Of a DNA stretch of 64,000 bases, positions 51,801 to 64,000 are shown in pieces; the first letter of the stretch is position 1, and each line of letters begins with the position of its first letter. The notes beneath the pieces are model-generated. The model saw only the letters and a program-made list of their open reading frames with translations. It did no database searches and was not told the origin of the DNA. A program made the translations under genes and the position numbers. The stretch is taken from contig JAAOMT010000302.1 of the NCBI GenBank assembly GCA_016748015.1, positions 310,001-374,000 of the forward strand, written 5' to 3'. This stretch comes from Geosiphon pyriformis uo1 (taxonomy: Eukaryota; Fungi; Glomeromycota).

Positions 51801-54800
51801 TAGAAAGAGAATAATAAGAGAAAAGAAAAAGAGAAGAAAGAAGAGCCAGCACTAACCACTACCACTTATGGTTTATATGCTTATACTTTACTACAACTGT
51901 TTAACTATTGCCGATCGAAATTAATATGTGTTAATTGTGACAAGAAATTGTTGTCAATGGGTGCATGTTGTGGCAACAAAATTCTATTGTCATCCATACA
52001 TCATAGAACGGTTTAAAAGACCCAAAAGATAAGAAAAATGGAACAACAAACTCTGCTTAGCATGTGAAACTACTTTGCCCAATAAAAGAATGTAAAATAA
52101 CATTCCTGAACATGGAGGAACATATGACAAGACATGCCAGTATACCATCCTGATAAATAACTGGGTATGTAAAAAAACTCTAATCAATAATGCCTGGAAA
52201 AGAACATTGCAATGGTTGAAAGGATATTCTCACAACAAACATGAGATCTGGAGAATGGTAAGTACAAAAGCAGAAGGCACCACTACTAGCAAGTTATTAG
52301 AAATTAAAAATAATCTACTTTCACTGCCTGAACCAAAATACATCTCCACTGTTGACATCTTTGGCAACATTGAGAATAATCCAGAAGAATTCCATGAACA
52401 TTACCAGTGATTAACACCCACTAAAGAAAAACAGAAGCAGCATTTAGAACAGTTAAATACTGATTTAAACTTCGATAACAACAACAAAAATAACAGTTTC
52501 AGTTCTGTCCAAAATAGCAACAAAGATTATGATGATTCAAACTCCAATCTAAACTCCGAACAATATATTGCACTTCCTAACCTCTCTAAGGAGCAGAAAC
52601 TAAAATGATTTAGTAACAATAATGAAGACATCATGCCAGAATGTGTGTATAATACTGATGCAGAGTTTGATCTAAGATATTCAGGAAAAAACACCATCAA
52701 ATTAGAACCACATTTACACATATGCATTGATCTCAAAATAGCATTGGAAATCTCAGCAACAACAATGGTTCAACTAGCATTTAAGAGTAGCTTAACAAAA
52801 AAAAAATCAACATCAAAAAAGGGATAATTGACACAGGATATGTAGAAAATATTATTGCTATGCTACAAAATGACTCTGAGAAGGCCTATATTATAGAGCC
52901 AAATAAAAAGATAGCACAGGCAATATTTCTACCTCTGGTAAAAATAGCTCAGTTAGTGTCAATAGGAAACAGGGAAAAATTAGGGATCACAGTTAGAGAA
53001 ATACAGGATTTTGGATCTACAGGTAGAATAGATATACCAATTAATATGGCAGAGGAAGAAATTGTTGACAAGAGAGAAATTATTTCCATCTGTTAATCAA
53101 TTTTTATTCGACTATATGACTAATACATGGTAGTCATAGAGAAAAAAGTAAAAGATCAAGTTCAGATTTTTGAGGCAAAAACAACATTTAGTGAATCAGA
53201 AGAAATTAGATTAGTCAATCTATACATACCAGCCAAAAACTACAGTCACATCAAACTTCCCATTTACAATAACACAGGAAATGTCATTAAGATACCAGAA
53301 GGAACCATCATTGGATACTTAACCACTGAAATTGAAAACCAACTGTCAGACACTATTTCAGACTTTCCACAACTTTGTAGATATGTGAATATTACATCAT
53401 AAACAATATATAGACAAAATGAATATTATTTGTTTCAACCAGAAAAATTGAAACAAATGAACATGAGAAACTTGAATTCACTACAACATATGCAGCTCAA
53501 GATATTACTCAACAATTTCAATGACATCTTTGCTAGCAAAAATGAATTTGGCAGAACTGATATCATCCAACATCAAATCAAAACTGGTGATACAATGCCA
53601 ATTAAACAGAGAGCATACAGAGTACTACCAGCCAGCCACAAGATTATTTATCAAGAAATCAATTGGATGCTTAACAATGGGCTAATTCAGCCATCAATGA
53701 GCCCATGGTCATCACCAGTGGTATTAGTCCATAAGAAAAATAGAAAAATATGCTTTTGTGTGAATTACTGGAAATTGAATAGAGTGACCAAAAGTGATAG
53801 CTATCCAACTCCAAAGATACAAAAACTCTTCAATGTTTTTGGAGGAAAAAAATGGTTCTCAACTTTAGACTTAGACAGTGGTTATTGGCAAGTAGCCATG
53901 AAACCAGAAAACAAAAAGAAAATGGCTTTCACAACTTGGAAAAGAAATTTTGAATTTGAAGTGATGTTATTTGGCTTGATGAATGCTCTTGCCACATTTC
54001 AATGGTTTATGGAAATTGTCTATACAGAATTACTGTGGAAATCAGTAGTCATATACTTGAATGACACTAATGTGTTCTCAAAAACATTTGATGATTATCT
54101 GCATCATCTTCAACAAGTATTTAAAAAACTCAGATGAGTAGAATTGAAATTAAATGCAAACAAATACTTTTTTGGCAAAATAGAACTCAAGTTTTTGGAA
54201 CATGTTGTGAGCAAAGATGGTATCAAAACGGATCTGGATAAGATTGAGATTGTTAAAAACTTTCTAGTACCAAATAATCTTACAGAATTAAAAGCATTCT
54301 TGGAATTTGCTAGATACTATTGCTGCTTTATCAAAAACTTTTCCAAAATAGCTTAACCACTACACCAACTCCAAACAAAAACACTAAATATGAATGGATA
54401 GAAACTTAACAAGAAGCTTTTGATACATTAAGAAGAAAGCTCATTCAAGCCCCAGTACTAATCTACTCAAATTATAGCAAGCTATTCATAATCACAACCA
54501 ATGTATCTGGTCAAGCATTGGGAGCAATATTATCTCAGAAAAGATCAAATAGACAAGAACATCCAGTAGCTTACACCAGTAAAAACTTAAGTCCAGCCAA
54601 AAAAAACTATGGAACTCCAGCATTGGAACACTTAGCAATCTATTGGGCTGTCATCAAATGAAAAGAATACTTGAGTCAAAAGTTTGATGTGTATACTGAT
54701 TATAAAGAACTGACTTCAATCCAGAAACAAAAATTTGGAGATGATTGCCATGTTAGATGGAAAATAGAACTTTCACCATTTAATTATACAGTACATTATA

Positions 54801-54856
54801 AAAAAGAAAAAAAAAATGAAAATGCCAATGAATTGTCGCAAATAAGACAAATCTAA
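48850..54856 (+). pseudogene. gag-PR-Cys-rich-dUTPase-RT-RNase H polyprotein of copy D
   Basis: ORFs 50013, 50847 (LILNSGL), 52633 and 52860 (dUTPase, DFGSTG), 53430 (RT, SPWSSPVVLV..LDLDSGYWQV), 54671 ending RQI-stop. Confidence 0.9.
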
Positions 54857-54886
54857 AAACATTTCAATCCAAAAATATAACAAAAG

Positions 54887-56249
54887 ATGAATACAACTTT
54901 AACATTATATAAATACCAAATTGTTCAAGAAAAAATTATCTTAAAAGGAACAAAGAAACATAAAACAACAATCAAAATATTTTATTAACCATCAAAATAT
55001 ACTTTACTGGAAGAACAAAAAAAATCTAAATCAACCAACCAAAGTAATCACAGAACCAGAAAAAGAGACAATAATATTCAATATGTATGCAGATCCAACA
55101 GCAGAACATTTTCATAAAAAAGCAATCATAAAAAGAACCAGAAAAAAATACTATTGGTTATTAATATATCCAGACATCATCCAATATGTTCAAAATTGTG
55201 ATGCTTGTTAAAGAAAAAAAGAAACAAAACTCAGTGAACCATTGAAACCAATCAAAGTAGAACAACCATTTGATTGTATTGGAATTGACTTAGTCAGACC
55301 ATTAACAATCACCAGCAGAGACAACAGATATATTGCAGTAGCCATGAATTATTTCACAAAATGGCCAGAAGCAAAAGCCATTCAAAGAGCAAATGCAAAA
55401 TCCATTGCCAAATTTGTTCATTAAGATTTGATCTGTCAACACAGATGTCCAAAAGAACTACTATTAGATCAAAGAACTCACTTTGTAAATAGAACATTGG
55501 CAGAATTAAGTCAAAGATTTGGGATAAAAAGACCATTATCATTACCATACCATCCACAAACAAATGGGTTAGTAGAAAGATTTAATAGAACATTGTGTGA
55601 AACAATTGCCAAAATCAGCCAAAAAAACCAGAACAAATGGGATTTGATTATATCATCAATATTATTTGCTTATCGGACAATGAAGCAAGATACTATATAA
55701 GCAATACCATTCAAATTAGTATACAGTAGAACAGCAACATTACCAGTTGAGATAGAAGTCAAGACATATCCAACAGAACTAATAACAGAAGAAAATTTTC
55801 AAAAAACATTGTTGAAAAGAACATATGACTTAATGAAAACACTAAAAAACACATGGTGAAGAGCAGCTAATAATATCCAAAAGTTACAAAAAAAACAAAA
55901 AAAAAGACATGATAACCAACTACCAGAAAAACCAGTTGAATTCAAGATTAGAAACAAAGTATTTCTATATTATACTAAAGTGAAAAAACAATGAAGTGAA
56001 AAATTTGACCCCAAATGGGATGGACTATTTTACATAGAAAAATTTTTTGGAAATGGAGCTTATAAATTAAGATTGAACAACAAAATCTTAACCAAAGCAG
56101 CACATAGTGATTAACTGAAACAATATCACCATATAGTATTATCATCTATCAGTAATATTCCACAATTAAGAGTACAAAAAATACTAGTCAAACCAGATGA
56201 AATTCTACAAGATCTAGAACCAATTATAATCATTGAATCAAACACATAA
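54887..56249 (+). pseudogene. Integrase ORF of copy D
   Basis: ORFs 55242 (IGIDLVRPL) and 55428 (PYHPQTNGLVERFNRTL); own ATG at 54887. Confidence 0.9.
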
Positions 56250-56307
56250 AATTAAACAACCAAGAAGTATATAAAGACATAGTATATGCAACAAAAGACA
56301 GCAGAAA

Positions 56308-56921
56308 ATGAAGATTACTGACAGTATTCACTTACTAGCACAACAACTTTTTCAACTGATCCAACAACAGAAAATGGAAATTACAATCAACCAACAAACT
56401 ATCAGATACACAAATACCAGAAAAAGACCATAAGAGAAAATATGGAGAAAAACAGAAAACATTGTTGACAAAATAATTACAAAAATAAAATTGGCAATAA
56501 AAACACAACCACAAGTCACCCAATATCAAGAGTTGACTATAGAAACTTGGAATTGGTGGATACAACAATTTCCAAAAAAACTTTTGTTACTTTCATTTGG
56601 GACAACACTTAAACATTTAGGGCTTATACACAAATAAAACAAAACAATTATTTGACACAACAATACTATAACAACTGGAACAATTTGATAATACAAGCAA
56701 GAGCCATTTATTGGTTACATACTGGATTTTAAGATCGACCAGAAATTTTACTCAATTCTGAAATGAACTTCATTACCATTAACCAAATAAAAAAAATAAC
56801 CAATGTTTAATTTGAAGAATTATAGAACAAGATAGTACAAGTAATTCTTGAAAAAGAAATTCAAGAAATACTCAAAGATAGAGAATTAGAATTAGAAGAT
56901 TTCAATGGAGCTCAATATTAA
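56308..56921 (+). pseudogene. ORF3 of copy D
   Basis: MKITDSIHLLAQQLFQLIQQQKMEITINQQTIRY...ETWNWWIQQFP...RAIYWLHTGF...FNGAQY*; TATATAAA at 56268. Confidence 0.72.
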
Positions 56922-56935
56922 AAAAGAAAAAATAA

Positions 56936-57685
56936 TATTACTTATAGAATATAGAAAGTATATATTAGCATATAAATTAGCCAATCAGAAGTAACTGTAG
57001 TAAATGTGGAATTCCAGGATTCTTGGTATGAGAAATTGAGGAATTGAGAAATTTCAATTATATATATATAACAGTAGTGTTAGAAGTAAAAAAAACAGAC
57101 TTCTTTGTTTAGATTTGATCTAAGCAACCTTCCATTCACAAATATCAATAAAAATAATTTATTAACTATCTTAATTCACTCTCTACTATCAACACTTAAT
57201 GTTAATAGTAATTGATATTTGACTACACTGGAACAATAGTTCTTGATCATGGCTATTGATGGAATACTAATGTGCAAATTGCCTTGGCTTATGTTTCTAA
57301 TTTTCTTTATTTTCTTTATTTTCTTTTCTTGCTTTATTTTTTTTGTTATTTGTTAAACTTGATTAAAAAAATTTACATGCAGAGGTACTGACATCAGGAT
57401 AAAGTGACTGGTAAAAGACCCAGAAATAAGAGTAAAACACTTGATTAAGGATAGCTTACCAGAAGGATTAATAGCCATTACACTGAAAAAAAAATTGATA
57501 AAACTGAGATTTTGGAAAGCTATAGATAACATTATTACTATAAAATCTCTGTCCATTATACAAAAAACTCAACAAAAACCTTCAGAAAAACACACCTTTA
57601 GAAATTATCAACATTAGTATATCAATTAAACACCAAGTTATGGATTTGTTATTTGCTTTGAGACCCCAAATAATCATCTGTAACA
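56936..57685 (+). repeat. 3' LTR of copy D (U3 tandem array collapsed)
   Basis: Matches 47965-48817 but lacks most of the GAATTC array. Confidence 0.92.
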
Positions 57686-58769
57686 TTACAATTCCATCGA
57701 ATTTCTTTTTTAGTGTGATGGCTGGTAATCTAACAAGGATGCCCTTCTGGTAAGCTATCCTGAAATTATTAATGCTATATTCTTCCTTTGGGGTCTTTTA
57801 CCAGACTTATCCTTGACATCAATAACTTAGTACTTTTACTCTTTTTAATCAATTTGGTCAACAACAAAATAACAAAGCAAAATAAAATAAAGAAGATAAA
57901 AGAAAATAAAGAAATAAGCCAAGGCAATAAATGTTAGTATCCTATCAATAGCTGTGATCAAGAGCTATTGTTCCAGTATAGTTAAGTATCAATTGCTATC
58001 AATATGGAGTGTTGATAGTAGAGAGTAGATTGTAATAGTAAATAATTATTTATTGATATTTTTGAATGGAAGAGTGTTTTAGATCAAATCTAAACTAAGA
58101 AGTCTTTAACTAAAGAATTCTAATAATTATGACTTATGAGTCTAATTGACTCTGAAAGTCCTACTAACTCTGGAAGTCTTCTTAACTTTAAGCCTAATTA
58201 ACTAATTTTCTAGCTTCTGATACTACTGCTATATATATATAAATTTTATTGTACAAAATTCTTTGAATTTCTCAATTCTCTAGTCAAAAATCCTGAAATT
58301 CTTGGAATCCTGCAATTCTTTTAAGAGGAATTCTGGAATTCTGCAATTCTGCAATTCCTTATACAAGAATCCTAAAATTCCTGAAATCCTGCAATTCCTT
58401 TGAAAAAAATTCTGGAATTTTATATTTACTATGTCTACTTTTGATTGGCTAATTTATATGCTAATATATTTTCTATATTCTATCAGTAACATTATTTTTT
58501 CTTTTAATATTAAGCTCTTGCGAAATCTTTTAAATTTCTCTTTTGTATCAATGTTGTTGCTGTAATTTCTATTGCTATTTTTTTTCTAATTTTATATGTG
58601 ACTGGAGTTTTTAACTATAGTAGTCTGTCCAGAATATCCAAATTTTAATCTTGCATCTGTATTATGTATATGTTCAGACATAATGTTCTTATTATTATTA
58701 CTGAATTGAGTCACTTCTTGTTCTATTGTAAGATCTAGAAGCATGATATATTGTTTGGTGTTTGAAGCA

Positions 58770-58990
58770 AAGTTTGAATTGTTGTTGGTGGAGTTTAAAT
58801 TGTTATTGTTATTAGCAGAGTTTGAATTGTTGTTATCATCAGTGGAGTTTGAATCATTGTTATTATTAGTGGAGTTTGAATTGTTGTTGTTATCAGTGGA
58901 GTTTGAATCATTGTTGTCATTAGCAGAGTTTGAATCATTGCTGTTATTTAGTGGAGTTTGAATTATTACTGTCATCAGCAGAGTTTGAAT
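58770..58990 (-). repeat. 27-bp tandem repeat encoding (NNNDSNS[AT][ND])n
   Basis: About 7 units of GAGTTTGAAT(C/T)(A/G)TTGTTGTTATCAG(T/C)G on the + strand; expansion of the Asn/Asp/Ser linker preceding dUTPase. Confidence 0.85.
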
Positions 58991-59109
58991 TGGGATTAAG
59001 TTCCAATTCTGATTTTCATTTGTTCTTGCTAATTGGCTCTTCTTCAAATATATAACATATGAAAATGGATTGTGACTATGTTCCAATATTCTGACTTAGA
59101 GCCATCAAG

Positions 59110-59670
59110 TGAGTTTTGCTGATTTATTGGAATTTATTGGACTTCAAATGTTTAGGTTTTTGAATAATTCCCAGAATTTGAATTGCTAAAAATTTAATGA
59201 GTTTTATCGATGGTAAGTTTCTTTGTATGATAGCAGAGTTAGAATTATTGGGTTTTAAATGTTTGGCTTTTTGAACAATTAGATCTTAAATAATCAGAGT
59301 TTTAATAAGTTTTTAACAAATTTATTAAAGGTAAGTTTCAAATATTCAGGGTTTTAATGATCAGGTTTTGAATAATCAGAGTTTTAATTTAATGAGTTTT
59401 AACAAGTTTATCAACAGTAATTTTTGAATGTTTAGGGTTTTTAATAATCAGGTCTTGAATAATTGGAGTTTTAATTTTAATGAGTTTTAACAGATTTATC
59501 AAAGATAAGTTTTAAATGTTTGGGGTTTTAATGATTGGGTTTTGAATAATTGGAGTTTTAATTTAATGAGTTTTAATGAATTTATTAATGGTAATTTTTG
59601 AATGTTTGTGGTTTTTAATAATCAGGTCTTAAATAATCAGAGTTTTAATTTAACAAGTTTTTACAAAGAT
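59110..59670 (-). repeat. About 87-bp tandem array (about 6 units, alternating A/B variants) in mini-element C
   Basis: Units start GAGTTTTAAT at about 59296, 59379, 59466, 59553 and 59640; resemble the gag NYQNPI.ENP.I segment. Confidence 0.8.
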
Positions 59671-59798
59671 AATAGTAAAATAAGGATTTCACAAATCCTA
59701 AATGATTTTCTTTTGTTTTCTCTTGGTCTGCCACTTTCCTGCATGGTTGTTGTTAGTGCTGGTTTTCTGTTGGATTATACCTCACAGGGAGCACCAAA

Positions 59799-60740
59799 TG
59801 TTACAGATGATTATTTGGAGTCTCAAAGCAAATAACAAATTCGTAACTTGATGCTCAATTAATATAATAATGGGTGTTGGTTTTCAAAGATTTCTATAAT
59901 CTAAAGGTTTTGGTTGAGTTCTTTGTATAATAGACAGAAATTCACTTGTTGTCTTCTCAGTAGCCTCCCAGAATTGCAATTCCATCAAATTTTTTTCTTA
60001 GTGTAATGGCCAGTAATCTGGCAAAGATGCCTTTCTGGTAAGCTATCCTGAAATTATCAATACTATACTCTTTCTTTGGGGTCTTTTACCAAACTTATCC
60101 TTAATGTTAATAACTTAGTACTTTAATCTTTTAATTAATTTAGTGAACAACAAAAAAAAAAATAACATAAAGAAAATAAAAGAAAATAAAAAAATATAAA
60201 AAATAAAATAAGAAATAAGTGTCTTGTCAATAGTTGTGATCAAAAGCTATTGTGCCAGCAGGTTAAGTAGTGGATAATAACATGGATTTGAAAATAATGA
60301 ATAATTTCATTAATATAAAAGTAATTTCACTTCAAGTTATAGTATTCTATCTTTTGAAGAAAGGGTATTTAATAATTATGACTTTCGAGTCTAATTGACT
60401 CTAAGAGTCCTACTGACTTTCAGTCTTCTTTACTCTGGGAATCTATTTGACTAATTTTCTAGCTTCTGATATTACTGTTATATATACATAAATTTCATTG
60501 TATGAGATTCTTTGAATTCCTCAATTCTCTAGCCAAGAATTCTGGAATTCCTGGAATTCTGCAATTCTTTTAAGAGGAATTCTGGAATTCTGAAATCCTG
60601 CAATTCCTTATATAAGAATCCTGAAATTCCTGAAATCCTGCAATTCCTCTAAGAAGAATTCTAGAATTCCACATTTATTATGTCTACTTCTGATTGGCTA
60701 ATTTATATGTTAATATATTTTCTATATTCTATGAGTAACA
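59799..60740 (-). repeat. 5' LTR of element C
   Basis: Reverse complement TGTTACTCATAG...TGTAACA, followed by PBS. Confidence 0.9.
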
Positions 60741-62169
60741 GCAGCTTTTTTTCTACACTCAAAAATCCCAATGGTCTCAGCTAACTAATCTTTAAGCACA
60801 AATTTTTTGCACACAACAGCATAAGTTCCAGAGTCCAACAAACAAGAAAAGAGTGTTTTCAAAATAACAGAAGATGAAAACAGACCAAGAACACTAACCA
60901 TAGCAGCTCAATGCATGGAGACTTCTGCCAAAATCTTACTCTGAACACCAACATCTTGACCACAAGTGAAAATGTAATCCAATAATTCTACCTTACCACA
61001 CAACAAGCACAGCACGCCAGGATAACCTTTATTATATAATCTCTTTCTAACAGTCACAAGCAATTGCTCATGAACTGCTTTTATTAAGTAAGAGCAAAGA
61101 CTGGATGACTTCCAACTCATAGAACCAGCAAACAAGTATGAGTCTAAATGCCAGATTCTTGTAGTAAAGTTCCAATCAATATCCATAACAATCAAACTGG
61201 GAACCACATTATGACCAGGACCAGCCTTTCATTGAGCATAACAAACAGACTGGAAAATATCTTTGACAAAATGGCAAGCATTGCCAGAAACAACAGTGTC
61301 CTCAGTTATTAAAAAATGTTTACACACACCCATTGGCAAATAAAAAAGAAAATCAGCAGTCACACCAGTAGCAGCATCCACTCTATCATTACTTAAACCC
61401 CAGAATGACTCTTAATCTTGACCCAACTAACTGTAAGATCTTTATTTCTAATCAAATTAAAAATATGCTTCCTCTCAATTCAGTATTGGTTGCAGAAATC
61501 AGGTACTGCCAATGCCACCTCTAATATACATGTATTAATAGCTGCTTGACTGTCGAAATATAAATCTAAGAAACAAAAAGATAGCACACACTCCAGAAAC
61601 AAAGCAACAGCCTGCAATTCAGCCATAGTAGAAGAGACAAGATCATGCACTCCTACATTAATGCTTATGTCTAATGCCAAAAAATATGCAGCAGCATTAC
61701 TAACCACACTATTAGAGCCAACATTTCTCAATGAACCATCTGAATAAACTTCAAACAAACTAGACTAAATCTTATATAAACCATCTTACACCTTAACAAA
61801 CTTATTAGAATCCAAAATACTCGACCCAAAATTTTTTTAATAATAAAAATAAATTAAAAATAATTACAAAAAGCCAAAAAATAAAAATATTAACTTTAAT
61901 AAAAAACAAAATTTTTTAATTTTTTAAAGATAAATTATATAAAAAACAAAATAAATAAACATAAATAAATTAACCTAAAATTATTAAATATTTTTTGCTA
62001 ATAATATAATTTAGCATACAACTCTTTTTATATAAATTTATAATTATATATTAAACAAAAATTATGTATAATTTATATATAATTAAAAAAAATTCTTTTT
62101 TTTTCTTATTTTTATAACTATAATTAAAACAAAGAGTAAAATAGTTTTAAAAATTATTTTTTTTTTAAT

Positions 62170-64000
62170 AATTAATAAAGTTTTAAAGATTTTGGTTAAG
62201 TTTTTTGTATAATAAACAGAGATTTAATGATAATTAATTAACAATATTTGATGTTTAACTTTTTAGTATAATAACCAGTTTAATTTAATAAATGTATTTT
62301 TTTGATAAGTAATTTTTACTATTTAATCTATGCTCTATCTTAATATTTTTTATCAAGTAATTTTTAATATTGTAATCTTAGTGTTTTTTTAATTAATTTT
62401 AATAAACACAATAAACAAAATAAAAAAAATAAAAAAATTAGTATTTTGTTAATAATTGTAATTAAAAACTATTGTTTTAATATGATTAAGTAATAATAAT
62501 AATATAAATTAAATAATAATTAATGATTTTATTAATAAGTAAATAATTTTATTTTAAGTAATAAAAAATAGAAAAGATTAAGTCTTGGATTTTTGTTGGT
62601 TTTTTTATTTTATTTTAACTATTATATATATATAATCTTTATTATATAAAATTTTTTAAAATCTTTAAATTTTTTTATGAAAATTTCTGGAATTTTGGAA
62701 TTTTTTTATTATTATGCCTATTTCTAATTTTTCAAATTAAACATTGGTAATTTTTTTTACTAATTAATTGTTACTGTATTTATTACTAAATATAGTAGTA
62801 TTTTTAAATAATTTTAAAATTCTGTTTGTAATTAGTAGATAGCTCTTATATATATAATTAAGTTATATTTTTTCATAAATTATTTTATTTGTTATAATAT
62901 AATTAAATCAAATATTTGCTTGGTTTTATTAATATACAAGTTTTGAATATTTAACTGTTTTTTTAAGTAGTAATAATAAAAGTTCTTAAAAAATTGTGTT
63001 TATTGATTTCAATTTTTTTTTGGTTATTTTTTAGTATACTGCAGTTATTATTAAATCTTTTAATATTGTTTTTACTTTTTTCATTATTTTATCTATTATA
63101 TTTTTGAATAATAGATGTACTTAATACTATAAATTATTCTAAAATTTTTGTTTTTTTTCTGTGTCTTTGTATTAAATAGATTATTAATTGTAATTTTTAT
63201 ATTTAACTTCTAATATTTTATAAACTAAAACAATTATTGTGTTAGAAAATGAATATTGTCAGTAATTTTTATTTTTTATTTTTTTTTTGTTATATATACT
63301 GGTCTTTATATAATTTTGGTTGGTTTGATTTATATGTTTGCTTTAATAATTATAATTAATTCCAAATTTTGTGGAATTTTATCTGATTTAATTAATATTC
63401 TTTGTATTTTAATTGTAGAATATTATTGATAAATAATAATATTTGGTTGTAATATAATTTAAGTTAATTATTATGTATTATTTTGGTTAAAATTTTATTA
63501 TTCTATTTTAATTTATATGTTTTATTTTCTAGAATTTTTTTAATATGAAATAGATTGTTTTATTTGAGATTAAATTTTCTATTTTATTGTTTTTTTGTTT
63601 TTATGTAATTTAAAAGTACTTTGTCTTTAATTTTGAATTTAATTGGTTTATTTGGTAATTAATTATTATGTTGTTTTTTTTGTAATTTTTAAATATTATT
63701 AACTGTTTTTTTTTGTTTATTTTTTAGTGTTCTTATTAAGTTATATGTTTTTTGTAACAATATTGCTTAAAAATTAGCTTTTGTTATTAGTTTAACTAAA
63801 TATATCTGAATATTTATCTTAATTAATAGTGTTGTTATTCTACTATAAATTAATTTAAATAGTATTGCTTAAATTATATCTTGTTTTATTGTTTGATAAG
63901 CAAATAATACTAATACTATAAACAAATTTTATTTATTTTGATTTTTTTGGCTGATTTTGGCTATTACTTTACACAATATTTTGTTAAATTTTTTGACTAA
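62170..64000 (-). mobile_element. Heavily eroded Gypsy copy E: integrase C-terminus, TATA, ORF3 and 3' LTR remnant; continues beyond the window
   Basis: 63340-64000 reverse complement matches the integrase 3' end; reverse complement KITDNIHFL near 63270; 62175-62760 matches the LTR (TTTGGTTAAGTTTTTTGTATAATAAACAGAGATTT). Confidence 0.72.

Larger units (their letters stand above)
47965..57685 (+). mobile_element. Full-length Ty3/Gypsy copy D inserted antisense into the 3' LTR of C
   Basis: LTRs 47965-48817 and 56936-57685; TSD TTGC/TTAC; PBS at 48820; gag, PR, dUTPase, RT, RNase H, integrase and ORF3 present. Confidence 0.94.
47758..60740 (-). mobile_element. Non-autonomous mini LTR element C (internal region only 1.3 kb); its 3' LTR is split by copy D
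   Basis: TSD GCAG at 47754-47757 and 60741-60744; 5' LTR 60740-59799; PBS 59796-59780; PPT about 58495-58506; 3' LTR 58491-57686 plus 47964-47758. Confidence 0.92.
47336..61830 (-). mobile_element. 5'-truncated LINE (RNase H, zinc finger, 3' tail) split by LTR element C
   Basis: ORFs 61480-61758 (VYSDGS..AELQAVAL), 60908-61207 (CLLCGKVELLDYIFTC) and the 47474-47757 C-terminus; poly-T at 47336-47348. Confidence 0.88.

Noticed and set aside
59110-59670. Regularly spaced repeats resembling a CRISPR array
   Set aside because: Whole units are repeated with no unique spacers; the context is a eukaryotic retroelement with no cas genes

Overview
This is eukaryotic, very AT-rich, transposon-dominated DNA. 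It most resembles an early-diverging (Glomeromycotina/Mucoromycota-type) fungus, which is my inference from intron style and TE proteins. One intact host gene lies in a CpG-rich island (CDS 37150-41969, at least 4 coding exons). It encodes a trithorax/KMT2(MLL)-like protein with a RAMA-like N-terminal domain, three PHD fingers, an extended PHD, FYRN/FYRC, a Win motif and a degenerate SET domain. Everything else is a stack of dead, C>T/G>A-eroded retroelements. (i) A Ty3/Gypsy family with TGTTAC..GTAACA LTRs, 4-bp TSDs and an elongator-tRNA-Met-like PBS. It has an unusual three-ORF layout: gag-PR-Cys-rich domain-dUTPase-RT-RNaseH, then a separately encoded integrase, then an unknown ORF3 with its own TATA box. 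Copies: 1-1555, 1556-22707 (containing 8523-19612), 47965-57685, a non-autonomous mini-copy at 47758-60740(-), and an eroded copy at 62170-64000(-). (ii) LINEs with APE-RT-RNaseH. (iii) An ORF1-only, HAL1-like retroposon family that shares the LINE 3' tail. (iv) An unrelated 971-bp TGTTAC..GTAACA insert. The near-pure-AT tracts are recognisable remnants of the same TEs. All domain calls are by-eye motif recognition; no database searches were run.
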